DNA of 64,000 nt. It comes from Spirochaetaceae bacterium (GTDB taxonomy: Bacteria; Spirochaetota; Spirochaetia; Treponematales; Treponemataceae). Below are positions 50,977 to 60,315 of this stretch, piece after piece (within the stretch, counting starts at the first letter, position 1; each line of letters begins with the position of its first letter). The notes under the pieces were generated by a model. The model was given only the letters and a program-made list of their open reading frames with translations, had not been told where the DNA came from and did no database searches. The stretch is from contig JAGARN010000001.1 of the NCBI GenBank assembly GCA_017622235.1, positions 1,238-65,237 on the forward strand, in the 5' to 3' direction. The position numbers were made by a program, and so were the translations under genes.

Positions 50977-51012
50977 AAAAAAGTACAAAATTTGCTACGC
51001 AAACTTTGTACT
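50977..51012 (-). terminator. Terminator-like hairpin between the MATE and SBP genes
   Basis: AGTACAAAGTTTGC-GTA-GCAAATTTTGTACT-TTTTT on the minus strand. Confidence 0.6.
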
Positions 51013-51057
51013 AGAACTTTACACGAAAAACAGGCTTTTATCAAGGTAGTAGGATAG

Positions 51058-52431
51058 TTATGTTACAGAACCTTCGGGTAGAGGCTTTATCTGTTTTATA
51101 TAAATTTTACGCAAAAAGAGCGAACTAAACACAAGAGAAAAAACCTCAGCAATAGGGAATGCCCACCACACCATAGTAATGTTACCGGTTTTAGATAAAA
51201 GCCAAGCCGCTGGCAACAAAACAACTAATTGCCTTGTTACAGAAACCACTAAACTTGCAACACCATTACCCATAGCTTGAAACACAGACATAAACACCAC
51301 ACAAAAACTTGCTGCAAAAAAATGAATAGCTATAATTTTTAACGCAGGAATTCCAATAAGTAACATCTGTTCAGAAGCATTAAATAACGCAAACAGTTTT
51401 TCTGGGAATAACTCAAAAATCAAAAATCCCATTGTCATAAATGTAATAGCAAAGCAAACACATACCTTTATAGTTTTTATTATACGTAACCTATTCTTTG
51501 CCCCATAATTATAAGCAACAATAGGTATCATCCCATTATTTAATCCAAACACTGGCATAAATACAAAACTCTGAAGCTTAAAATAAACACCAAAAACAGC
51601 CGCAGCAGTTGATGTAAATGATAATAAAATTTTATTCATTCCGAATGTCATAACAGAACCAATCGAAGCCATTATTATTGAAGGAACTCCAACAGAATAT
51701 ATTCCCCTGATTGTTTGAAGATGAGGTTTAAAGTTAGCAAACTGAAAATTAATTTCATGATTTTTTTTCAGGTTAAACATTAAAGCCATAATCATAGCAA
51801 TAATTTGACCCGTAACAGTTGCAATAGCCGCACCCTTGACACCAAGGGCAGGAAAGCCCCATAGACCAAAAATCATTATGGGGTCAAGAATGATATTTAT
51901 TACAGCTCCTATCCCTTGGGTAAATAAAGTGTATAAAGTCTTTCCCGTTGCCTGAAGTAGTCTATCAAAAGTAATTTGCCCAAAGATACCAAAACTCATA
52001 ATTGCAATAGTGTTCATATACTGACAACCATAATCTACAATCTTTGGATTAGAAGTTTGACTCTCAAAAAACGCTCTTGTAAAAAATAAACCAAAAACAA
52101 GAAAGATTAGATAGCTACAAACTGCAAGAAAAATCCCATTCATTGCAACTCTATTTACAGCCTTAAAATCTTTTCGCCCCAAATTCATAGAGAGCATAGC
52201 ATTAATACCTACTCCAGTTCCGGTAGAAAGAGCAATCATAAGATTTTGTATTGGAAAAGCTAAAGAAACTGCTGTGAGTGCATCTTCGCCAATTCTCGAA
52301 ACAAAGACACTATCAACTACGTTATATAATGCTGTAACCAACATAGAAATCATCATAGGCAAAGACATAGTTATAACCAGTTTACCTATTGGCATAATTC
52401 CCATCTTGTTTTCGCTTATCTTTTCAGTCAT
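51058..52431 (-). CDS. MATE family efflux transporter
   Basis: LPMMISMLVTALYNVVDSVFV, NIILDPIMIFG, GAAIAT; 12 TMs. Confidence 0.94.
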   Translation of the reverse strand: MTEKISENKMGIMPIGKLVITMSLPMMISMLVTALYNVVDSVFVSRIGEDALTAVSLAFPIQNLMIALSTGTGVGINAMLSMNLGRKDFKAVNRVAMNGIFLAVCSYLIFLVFGLFFTRAFFESQTSNPKIVDYGCQYMNTIAIMSFGIFGQITFDRLLQATGKTLYTLFTQGIGAVINIILDPIMIFGLWGFPALGVKGAAIATVTGQIIAMIMALMFNLKKNHEINFQFANFKPHLQTIRGIYSVGVPSIIMASIGSVMTFGMNKILLSFTSTAAAVFGVYFKLQSFVFMPVFGLNNGMIPIVAYNYGAKNRLRIIKTIKVCVCFAITFMTMGFLIFELFPEKLFALFNASEQMLLIGIPALKIIAIHFFAASFCVVFMSVFQAMGNGVASLVVSVTRQLVVLLPAAWLLSKTGNITMVWWAFPIAEVFSLVFSSLFLRKIYIKQIKPLPEGSVT

Positions 52432-52551
52432 AATTCCCCCATTACGATTTTTTTACTTTACAGCAAAATACGACAAAAAGTAAATATAGCCTCGTTTATG
52501 AAAAAAAAGCGGATTGACACACAATACAAACAGATATTATAATCCCTCATT

Positions 52552-53589
52552 ATGTCGCAATTATTTGTTCCACAAGGCTATGTTTCGTTACTTTCTGTAA
52601 AAGAAACAGAATATGCCATCGTCATGATAAAAGATTTTTTTCAGTTAGCACTTTCAACCGAACTTAATTTAACACGAGTAACAGCACCTTTATTTGTTCC
52701 TCAGGGGATTGGCTTAAACGATGATTTAAATGGTGTAGAAAGAGCTGTTTCTTTTCCCGTAAAAGACATGAAAGACAAACCCATGGAAATAGTACATTCA
52801 TTAGCTAAATGGAAAAGAGTTAAAGTTACAGATTTAAAACTGGCTCCCGGGTTTGGAATTTACACAGACATGAATGCCATACGTGCAGACGAAGAACTTG
52901 ACAATATACACTCACTATATGTTGACCAATGGGATTGGGAGTTAGTTTTAGACGAAACAGAAAGAACTGTATATAAATTACGAGAAGTTGTAAAGGGAAT
53001 ATACCGTTGCTTAAAACGCACAGAATTTTACATATACGACAGATATCCTATAATAACACCCATTCTGCCAGATGAAATAACTTTTGTTTATGCTGAAGAT
53101 TTACAAAAAAGCTACCCTGCCCTTTCTCCAAAAGAAAGAGAAAATCTTGTAGCTGAAAAGTACGGTGCTGTTTTTATAATTGGTATAGGGTCTCCTTTAG
53201 CAGACGGTAAAGCTCACGACGGGAGAGCACCAGATTATGATGACTGGAGTACAGAGACAGGCGATGGTCACAGAGGTCTAAACGGCGACCTTATTGTATG
53301 GAATCCTGTACTTAACTGTGCCTTTGAACTTTCGTCTATGGGAATAAGGGTTTCGCCAGATTCTTTGAGAACACAACTTACCATACGCAACTGCACTGAA
53401 CGTGAAAAATTATTTTTTCATTCCAAATTGCTAAAGGGAGATTTGGCACAGACAATGGGGGGCGGTATTGGTCAATCAAGACTGTGTATGTATTTTTTAC
53501 GAAAAGCCCACATTGGCGAAACCCAAGTTAGCGTATGGCCCGAAACAATGTGCCAACAATGTGCTAATGCAGGAATTATGTTGCTATAG
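52552..53589 (+). CDS. asnA: Aspartate--ammonia ligase
   Basis: VHSLAKWKR, HSLYVDQWDWE, GRAPDYDDW, GGGIGQSRL. Confidence 0.96.
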   Translation: MSQLFVPQGYVSLLSVKETEYAIVMIKDFFQLALSTELNLTRVTAPLFVPQGIGLNDDLNGVERAVSFPVKDMKDKPMEIVHSLAKWKRVKVTDLKLAPGFGIYTDMNAIRADEELDNIHSLYVDQWDWELVLDETERTVYKLREVVKGIYRCLKRTEFYIYDRYPIITPILPDEITFVYAEDLQKSYPALSPKERENLVAEKYGAVFIIGIGSPLADGKAHDGRAPDYDDWSTETGDGHRGLNGDLIVWNPVLNCAFELSSMGIRVSPDSLRTQLTIRNCTEREKLFFHSKLLKGDLAQTMGGGIGQSRLCMYFLRKAHIGETQVSVWPETMCQQCANAGIMLL

Positions 53590-53596
53590 GTGATAT

Positions 53597-54580
53597 ATGG
53601 CTCAAGATGCCCAATATCAATTTTCAGCATCTCAACTAGAGACAGAGCTCCCAGAAATTGTAAAAAAAGGAGTTACTCGTCTTTTTATCAACGAACCAGC
53701 AATAACAGGAACAAAAGAATCTTTTCTTCGATTTTTAAAAAACGCTTTAAAACATGCTCCAGATATATTTTATACGTTTTTTATTGAACCTCAAATAATA
53801 GACCAAGAAATTTGTTCTTTGCTTTCTGAATTGTATTGCTCCCTTCAGTTTAGAGTTGCTTCAAATGTTATAGAAAAAAAACAACTTCAACGCAAAGCCT
53901 CCTTACTTAACCACCATTCCCTTGTATTTGGTTTTGATATTGATTTAATTGCAAATGAATCAGACACAATAAAATTATTTCGTGAACGATTAGATTTTTT
54001 TATTAGCCTTTATCCTAATCACTTAGATTTTCCTCAAATGTTGCAAGAAGAGGTATACAAACCCACTGCTTTTTATTCCGCAAAAGAAATAAAATCTGCT
54101 TTGCAACTTGCCTTTGCTTGTACTGTTTTCTATTCCGCTGGAAGGGCAGTACCTTGGTTTTTGTCTGTACTTAAACCTTTGCGAATAAGCTCAGCACGTT
54201 TTTTTTCAGATTTTTCAGAATGGTTAAGATGCAACAACTGTTCCCAAGAAACAGGCTTTTTGCCATTTGAAACTACACATCAAGAAATTGAAAAAATGCA
54301 AATACTTTTTTTGCAAATGAAATATGACGAAAAAAACGTTTCTCATTTTTTTCCTGTAGTAAAAGATATTGTAAAACTCAATGGAGCTTTTTCAAGACTT
54401 GTTGGAGAAGGTCAAGAATGTCAACTAGAACTGGAGTTTAATCCAGATGATTTATGTTCACCCTATGCAATGGACATAGCAAAGTTTTCAGAAACTGTTT
54501 GTATGGAACATTGTAATGTAAGAATTTATACCGCCACGAGTCCTGATGGGCAACAATACCCTGACTATAAGACTTTATAA
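53597..54580 (+). CDS. Degenerate radical-SAM-like protein lacking the Fe-S motif
   Basis: Resembles the central and C-terminal part of B12-binding radical SAM proteins (APDIFYTF, CSLQF, VFGFD, SLYPNHLD, FYSAGRAVPWF); no CxxxCxxC. Confidence 0.55.
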   Translation: MAQDAQYQFSASQLETELPEIVKKGVTRLFINEPAITGTKESFLRFLKNALKHAPDIFYTFFIEPQIIDQEICSLLSELYCSLQFRVASNVIEKKQLQRKASLLNHHSLVFGFDIDLIANESDTIKLFRERLDFFISLYPNHLDFPQMLQEEVYKPTAFYSAKEIKSALQLAFACTVFYSAGRAVPWFLSVLKPLRISSARFFSDFSEWLRCNNCSQETGFLPFETTHQEIEKMQILFLQMKYDEKNVSHFFPVVKDIVKLNGAFSRLVGEGQECQLELEFNPDDLCSPYAMDIAKFSETVCMEHCNVRIYTATSPDGQQYPDYKTL

Positions 54581-54636
54581 TTAAGGACTAAAAAACAACA
54601 TTGACGCATAGGCAACCATGAATTATAATGTTCTGT

Positions 54637-55293
54637 ATGAACAAATTGTTTTCTTTGCTAGTTGTTGCATTTATTATTTTTTTATTCTCCTGTTCAAATC
54701 CCCAAACTAGTAGCCTTCCAGAAGAAGACATAAAACAAAATCCCGACACGCTAAAGCTCCAATTTACAAACGAATCAGAATCTATAGAGTGGGCAGAAGA
54801 AATTGAACCTTCCGTAACTTCTGACAATAAAAAGAAAAACTCGGCACGCTTTAATAGTACAAGATATTCTAACGCTGAAAGTGCCTCAACACTTGAACCT
54901 CTTGAATTAGATGAAGTTTATCCTGCCATACCTGGGCTTGGTATTCTTAACCTAAGCGACATGAATCCTAGCGTAATAAGTCTTGCAGATAATTTTTGCA
55001 CACAGCTTATAAAATACAGTTCGCAAAAAACAAAGGCTAATAGTCAAAACCTTTATAATCTTATGGCAAAAGATAGAGCCTTCATTCTAACAGTTTTTTT
55101 ATACGACAACACAACTGAACAAGTTTTTACAGACTACCTTTTGGCAAAGGGAATAAAAATAGGAAACTTTTGGCAAATTCCAGTTCGCCTTTATGAAAAG
55201 AATGGTTACTTAGATATTAAATTACATTGTGCAGATACCACTTCTGGATGGAAAGTTGATCAAATAACCTACGGAGTATTTATCTATGAATAA
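54637..55293 (+). CDS. Putative lipoprotein
   Basis: MNKLF..IFLFSC lipobox; start 54637 fits the upstream TTGACG-17-TATAAT promoter. Confidence 0.7.
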   Translation: MNKLFSLLVVAFIIFLFSCSNPQTSSLPEEDIKQNPDTLKLQFTNESESIEWAEEIEPSVTSDNKKKNSARFNSTRYSNAESASTLEPLELDEVYPAIPGLGILNLSDMNPSVISLADNFCTQLIKYSSQKTKANSQNLYNLMAKDRAFILTVFLYDNTTEQVFTDYLLAKGIKIGNFWQIPVRLYEKNGYLDIKLHCADTTSGWKVDQITYGVFIYE

Positions 55294-56395
55294 TGTATTA
55301 TCGGGAATTGAACGAGATATTGTTGTATCCTACCTTTGCGATGGTCAAGTTCCATTTACGCTTGTACCAGAACAACCTGCTGAGCGTCTTTTTTCTTTGA
55401 CCACAGGCACTAGTGGAATTCGAGTATTACCTGAAGGAATAATCGTTTTTACTGATTCCCTAGTAATTCCTACAGAAGTAGTTGGTTCTCAAGTTGAAAT
55501 TAGATTTTATTTTCGTAAACTTGGGTTATCTTTTTCTTCTAAGGTCAACAGAACAAAATTAGGTGCTTTAGCCATTGTCATCCCCAAAGAAATTCTAAGA
55601 CTACCTGATTCTACTTCTCAAACAGAAACCCCCTTTTCATGTAAATTATTTCTAGGAGAAGCTTTTAGTGGCGATTGCATTGATTGTACAAAAGAAGAGG
55701 ATTTTCCGCTTTTTTTGCCACATACATGGCGATTTTTACCAGAAAACACAACTTTAGAACAAGAAAAAATATTAAAAAAACTTTGCAATGCTCAAAAAAT
55801 TCAACTTGATGCAAGTGTTATAGAAATTCTTTGCAAAACCGGAAAAGCTGTGGCCATAAAAGACGGAAAACTTGATACAAATTTTGTATTACCCTTTGAC
55901 GGTTACGTAACAAAACAAGAGACAGGTAACATAGATTTTTCTAAACTTGAAGATGGATTTTATTTTGTAAGTGGTGGTAACTCCTCTGTTACAGGAAGTC
56001 CATTCCTTATCAAAGGAATCCCTGATGCAAAAAAAATAATACACTATCTTACAATGATTCCAATATGTATGTTTTGTACGCAAAATACTGCAACAAAAGA
56101 AATAACAGCTTTACAAGACAGAGTTTCACCACTAAGCGTGCTTTATATAAGCGATAACAATATTATTCTTGCAATGAAAACTGGAATTTTCCCGCTACAG
56201 ACAGAAATTCCCTACTCTTTACTGTTGCAAATCCCTTTGCGTTCTATGCGACGCTCTATTACTCTTACTTGCAGCATTGAATCAATCACCAAAGCCAAAG
56301 AGGGGCAAGTTTGTGCATTATGCAAACTTTCAAACCTAAAAGCAGAAGATCAGCGTTTTTTATTTGAAACGTTAAATGGGAAACTGTTTTGCTAA
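55286..56395 (+). CDS. Hypothetical protein (possible degenerate PilZ-like fold)
   Basis: Overlaps the upstream gene, GGAG SD. C-terminal beta-rich domain ending AEDQRFLFE; no clear RxxxR motif. Confidence 0.55.
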   Translation: MNNVLSGIERDIVVSYLCDGQVPFTLVPEQPAERLFSLTTGTSGIRVLPEGIIVFTDSLVIPTEVVGSQVEIRFYFRKLGLSFSSKVNRTKLGALAIVIPKEILRLPDSTSQTETPFSCKLFLGEAFSGDCIDCTKEEDFPLFLPHTWRFLPENTTLEQEKILKKLCNAQKIQLDASVIEILCKTGKAVAIKDGKLDTNFVLPFDGYVTKQETGNIDFSKLEDGFYFVSGGNSSVTGSPFLIKGIPDAKKIIHYLTMIPICMFCTQNTATKEITALQDRVSPLSVLYISDNNIILAMKTGIFPLQTEIPYSLLLQIPLRSMRRSITLTCSIESITKAKEGQVCALCKLSNLKAEDQRFLFETLNGKLFC

Positions 56396-56409
56396 ATTTT
56401 TAAATCAAC

Positions 56410-56446
56410 AAAAAAAGGTGAATTCACCTGCGTGAAGTCACCTTTT
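56410..56446. terminator. Terminator after tRNA operon and convergent CDS
   Basis: AAAAGGTGAATTCAC-ctgc-GTGAAGTCACCTTTT. Confidence 0.8.
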
Positions 56447-56518
56447 GAGCCATGTAGGGTTCGAACCTACGACCCACAGATTAAGAGTCTGTTGCTCTAC
56501 CAACTGAGCTAATGGCCC
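56446..56518 (-). tRNA. tRNA-Lys(CTT)
   Basis: GGGCCATTAGCTCAGTTGGTAGAGCAACAGACTCTTAATCTGTGGGTCGTAGGTTCGAACCCTACATGGCTCA. Confidence 0.97.
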
Positions 56519-56530
56519 AAAGTACAGGTT

Positions 56531-56604
56531 TGCGTCCGACACGGTTCGAACGTGCGACCTACGGATTCGAAGTCCGTTGCTCTATCCAGCTGAGCTACGA
56601 ACGC
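56531..56604 (-). tRNA. tRNA-Arg(TCG)
   Basis: GCGTTCGTAGCTCAGCTGGATAGAGCAACGGACTTCGAATCCGTAGGTCGCACGTTCGAACCGTGTCGGACGCA. Confidence 0.96.
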
Positions 56605-56629
56605 GTGCCATGCAATTATACCTGCTAGG

Positions 56630-56702
56630 GGTGCCTGGTGGGTTTCGAACCCACGACAACCAGATCCACAATCTGGTGCTCTACCCCTGAACTACAGGCA
56701 CC
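56630..56702 (-). tRNA. tRNA-His(GTG), encoded G-1
   Basis: GGTGCCTGTAGTTCAGGGGTAGAGCACCAGATTGTGGATCTGGTTGTCGTGGGTTCGAAACCCACCAGGCACC. Confidence 0.96.
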
Positions 56703-56721
56703 AAGTTTATTGACAGAAGCT

Positions 56722-56750
56722 ATCTTACCAAAAAAAGGTGTTAGTGTCAA
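56722..56750 (-). promoter_or_regulatory. sigma70 promoter of His-Arg-Lys tRNA operon
   Basis: TTGACA-17nt-TAAGAT with extended TG. Confidence 0.75.
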
Positions 56751-56751
56751 T

Positions 56752-56786
56752 AAAAAAGCAGCATGAATATAAAAAATCATGCTGCT
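56752..56786 (-). terminator. Terminator of pfp
   Basis: AGCAGCATGA...TCATGCTGCT-TTTTT on the minus strand. Confidence 0.8.
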
Positions 56787-56819
56787 CCATTAGCGTCTCG
56801 TCAACCGATTAGCTACACT

Positions 56820-58481
56820 TTAGCAACGCTCTAACTTGATTGTTTTTGTAGTTAAATCGCAAACCTCAGTTGGTCCGTAGTACTGAATTGCACCAGGAAA
56901 CAAGTAGCTTGTGTTAATAGCCCATTCATCACGGTGAGAAGCAAACTCTTTGAAGGGTTTGCCATCAAGCTCTACAAGAGCCTTTTTGATAACAGGTTTT
57001 TTTGTTCCGTGGCGTTGTTCCATATTCATCATCATGGTTAGTGGAATACCACCTGCTGTCCACTGTGCAGCTGGAGCTGTAAGGTTACGAACAGAAGAAA
57101 GGTAGCCTGTAACACCACTTGCAATCAAAAGGAATGCTGTGTAGCCTAAAGCATAGCAGTAATCAGCGTCAAAGTTAGAAGGGAATGCACAACGTCCTTC
57201 GTAGCCAAAGAAGTGTGTGTATGCACTGAATTTACCTGTGTAAGATCCAGATTTTTTCATTTCTGCAAGGCGGCTTTCTACCATTGAAACTAAAAGCTTT
57301 TCAGTTTCAATTCTTGAAACCTGCACGTTACCATGAGGATCACGGTCTGCCAAAAATTGAGCTGCAATAGCTTCTGGTAAAGAAGCAAAGGTTTCAAAAG
57401 AAGAAGCTGTAAGATTATCCTTTAGCCAAGCTTTCTTTGCTGCAAAATCTGCTAAACTATTGAAAGTTGCTTCGTTTTTTGCCATTGTATCGTTCAATTC
57501 TGCAATAAGACTCTTCATTTCTGGAATGAATTCAACAAGTCCCTCCGGAATCAAAACTAAACCAAAGTTTTCTTTGTTTTCAGCACGTTTTGCAATAACT
57601 CTGCAAATATCGTCTGTAATTTGACGCAATGTCATTTTTTTAGCTTCAACTTCTTCTGAAACAAGACATACATTTGGCTGAGTTTGCAAAGCACATTCCA
57701 AAGCAATGTGACTTGCGGAACGTCCCATTAATTTGATAAAGTGCCAATATTTTTTTGCACTGTTTGCGTCACGACCAATGTTACCAATAAGTTCTGAATA
57801 TGTTTTACAGGCTGTATCAAATCCAAAGCTTGTTTCAATTTGTTCATTTTTAAGGTCGCCATCAATAGTTTTTGGCACACCAATAACACGAGTTTTCTTT
57901 CCTAATTCAGAAAAGCGTTCTGCCAAGAGAGCTGCGTTTGTATTAGAATCATCGCCACCAATAATAACAATAGCATCTAAATCTAATTTTTCAGCTGTTA
58001 CTACAGAAGCAGCGTATTGTTCAGGTGTTTCGATTTTTGTTCTACCTGAACCAATCATATCGAATCCACCTGTGTTGCGGTATTCGTCCATAAAAGAATC
58101 TGTAATTTCAATATATTCGCCATCGATTAATCCAGAAGGACCACCAGTAAACCCGAAAACAACTGAATCTTTGTTTCCTTTTTTGATTCCGTCATAAAGA
58201 CCTGCAATAACATTGTGACCACCAGGAGCTTGACCACCAGAAAGAATGATTCCTACGCGAAGTTTTTTGCCAGCATCAGCATTTGTTCCTTTTTTGAATA
58301 AAGCTTCTGGCTTTCCGTATGTGTTTTTAAACAAATTTTTTAATTCATCTTGGTCAGCCACAGCGGAAGTAGGCTTTCCAAATTCGATGGCAATGCTACC
58401 TGGTTCATTGTCTGCAAGAACTGAGGGCAACTTTGGATTGTAGGCGTAACGTGCCTTCTGCAATGCTGATACAGCTTTCAT
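56820..58481 (-). CDS. pfp: Pyrophosphate-dependent phosphofructokinase (long clade)
   Basis: [34 protein letters not shown]. Confidence 0.95.
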   Translation of the reverse strand: MKAVSALQKARYAYNPKLPSVLADNEPGSIAIEFGKPTSAVADQDELKNLFKNTYGKPEALFKKGTNADAGKKLRVGIILSGGQAPGGHNVIAGLYDGIKKGNKDSVVFGFTGGPSGLIDGEYIEITDSFMDEYRNTGGFDMIGSGRTKIETPEQYAASVVTAEKLDLDAIVIIGGDDSNTNAALLAERFSELGKKTRVIGVPKTIDGDLKNEQIETSFGFDTACKTYSELIGNIGRDANSAKKYWHFIKLMGRSASHIALECALQTQPNVCLVSEEVEAKKMTLRQITDDICRVIAKRAENKENFGLVLIPEGLVEFIPEMKSLIAELNDTMAKNEATFNSLADFAAKKAWLKDNLTASSFETFASLPEAIAAQFLADRDPHGNVQVSRIETEKLLVSMVESRLAEMKKSGSYTGKFSAYTHFFGYEGRCAFPSNFDADYCYALGYTAFLLIASGVTGYLSSVRNLTAPAAQWTAGGIPLTMMMNMEQRHGTKKPVIKKALVELDGKPFKEFASHRDEWAINTSYLFPGAIQYYGPTEVCDLTTKTIKLERC

Positions 58482-58749
58482 TTTTACTCCTATAAAATGT
58501 CAATACGAAAATACAAATTTTCGAAATTGACTTTTTAACGCTGTTTTGCAATCTACCTAGAATAAACAGGCATAATGAAAAACAGCAATAAATATAAAGT
58601 TTGCAACGCAAACTTGTCAAAGATAAAAACTGACAAAATTTCAGGCAGCTTTTATCTTATCTTTCATACCGCATATGCGGAAAAATACTAAAATATTTAT
58701 TATTCTAACGAAATAAAAAAGATTATACAAGGTCTAAAACCTATCGTAT

Positions 58750-59426
58750 TTTCTACGCAACACCGCCGGCTGCGAGGTTACGGGGAAAACTACAACTTTG
58801 CGTAAAAACTAGGCACTCTCAGAGGAGATGCAAGCCAATTCGGCGAGACTGAGGGTAATAAGTACTCGGACTCCGGTTTTTGCTTTCGCAAAAATCCTCG
58901 CCATTCCTCAGATCGCCTCGGTTGTTTGCATCTCCTCTTGCGTGCTTTTTTTGTTTATACAAAGCTATATTTTACTTCGCCAACACGCCGCCGGCGGGGT
59001 TACGGAGAAAAGCTACAGGTTTGCATAAAAAAAACTTACAGAAGGCATAGGAAAGCAAAAACGTGTGAAAAAAAAATATATCTTTGTGGCAAGTGATTAA
59101 AGCTCGGAGTGGGAAAAATGACAATCGCCGCATTCCAGCTTTAGCTCTTGTGGCGACTTGGCATTTTCCCCGAAAGCAACCATATTTATTTTGCACAAAC
59201 CTGTGTTTTTTTTGCAACAACGCCGCCGGCGACGGGGTTACGGAGAAAAGCTACAGGTTTACGTAAAAAAAGAGGGTGCGTAGGGGAAAATGACAATCGC
59301 CGCATTCCAGCTTTAGCTCTTGTGGCGATTTGGCATTTTCCCCGAAAGCAACCATATTTATTTTGCACTAACCTGTGTTTTTTTTTGCAACAACGCCGCC
59401 GGCGGGGTTACGGAGAAAAGCTACAG
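58750..59426. repeat. Array of nested hairpin repeats (REP/REPIN/MITE-like)
   Basis: Four copies of GCAACA(A)CGCCGCCGGC..GGTTACGGAGAAAAGCTACAG at ~58757, 58979, 59214 and 59387, separated by long stem-loops. 59111-59256 and 59283-59426 are near-identical. Confidence 0.85.
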
Positions 59427-60287
59427 TATCATTGTTCCAACACCTCTATCACTAAACATTTCTAGTAACAGAGAATGTGGAACACGTCCATCAATAATAT
59501 GAGTACGTGGCACGCCACCTTTCAGAGCTTCAAAACAACATTCTATTTTGGGAATCATTCCAGATGAAATTACCCCTGTAGCAATTAGTGAGGGAATTGC
59601 ATCTCGAGCTATTCTTTTTATCAAAGTTGTTGGGTCTTCTAAATTTCGCAACACTCCAGGAACATTTGTAAGTTGAACAAATTTTTCAGCTTTTAAAGCA
59701 ACTGCAATCTTTGCAGCAGCAGTGTCGGCATTTATATTGTAACGGCTTTCATCACCTTGTTCACCTAAAGCAACAGTAGAAATCACTGGAATAAAACCTT
59801 GTTCTAAAAGTGATAACACAATTTCTGGGTTAACTTCTGTAACTTCGCCTACAAACCCTAAATCTTCTCCATCAGAATCTATTTTTTTTGCTCGCAAAAG
59901 CCCAGAATCAACACCGCTCAACCCCACAGCCTTTCCACCATTTTGTAGTAGAATACCTACAATGTCTTTGTTTAACTTACCCGTTAAAACCATTTGAACA
60001 ATTTCCATTGTTTCTGAATCAGTGTAACGCAGCCCATTGACAAATTTAGATTCTTTTCCAACTTTTTCTAACATATGATTAATCTCTGGACCACCACCAT
60101 GAACAAGAACAACATGGATACCGATAGTGTTCAAAAGCACTATGTCTTGCATTACAGCAGCCTTAAGTTCTTCGTTCAGCATAGCATTTCCACCATACTT
60201 AACAACAACAACTTTACCAACAAATTGCTTAAAATAAGGCAGTGCCTGAACCAAAACTTCTGCCCAATCCGCATTATTAATATTCAT
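59421..60287 (-). CDS. argB: Acetylglutamate kinase
   Basis: [30 protein letters not shown]. Confidence 0.96.
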   Translation of the reverse strand: MNINNADWAEVLVQALPYFKQFVGKVVVVKYGGNAMLNEELKAAVMQDIVLLNTIGIHVVLVHGGGPEINHMLEKVGKESKFVNGLRYTDSETMEIVQMVLTGKLNKDIVGILLQNGGKAVGLSGVDSGLLRAKKIDSDGEDLGFVGEVTEVNPEIVLSLLEQGFIPVISTVALGEQGDESRYNINADTAAAKIAVALKAEKFVQLTNVPGVLRNLEDPTTLIKRIARDAIPSLIATGVISSGMIPKIECCFEALKGGVPRTHIIDGRVPHSLLLEMFSDRGVGTMIL

Positions 60288-60315
60288 ATTATCCCCTCAG
60301 GTTCACTATAAAGTT

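Noticed and set aside
56446-56702. Genomic island or prophage integration at tRNA genes (also tRNA-Phe at 7362)
   Set aside because: No integrase and no duplicated tRNA 3' end; each tRNA unit is followed directly by its terminator
58750-59426. CRISPR array
   Set aside because: Repeats are degenerate, intervals are about 130-190 nt, structured and partly duplicated rather than unique 30-40 nt spacers, and there are no cas genes
58750-59426. Integron attC cassette array
   Set aside because: The AAC...GTT core is too short, fits RYYYAAC/GTTRRRY poorly, no cassette ORFs lie between units and there is no intI
58828-59502. Short ORFs (60-105 aa) overlapping the repeat array
   Set aside because: They are translations of repeats and hairpins in several frames, with no SD or promoter support
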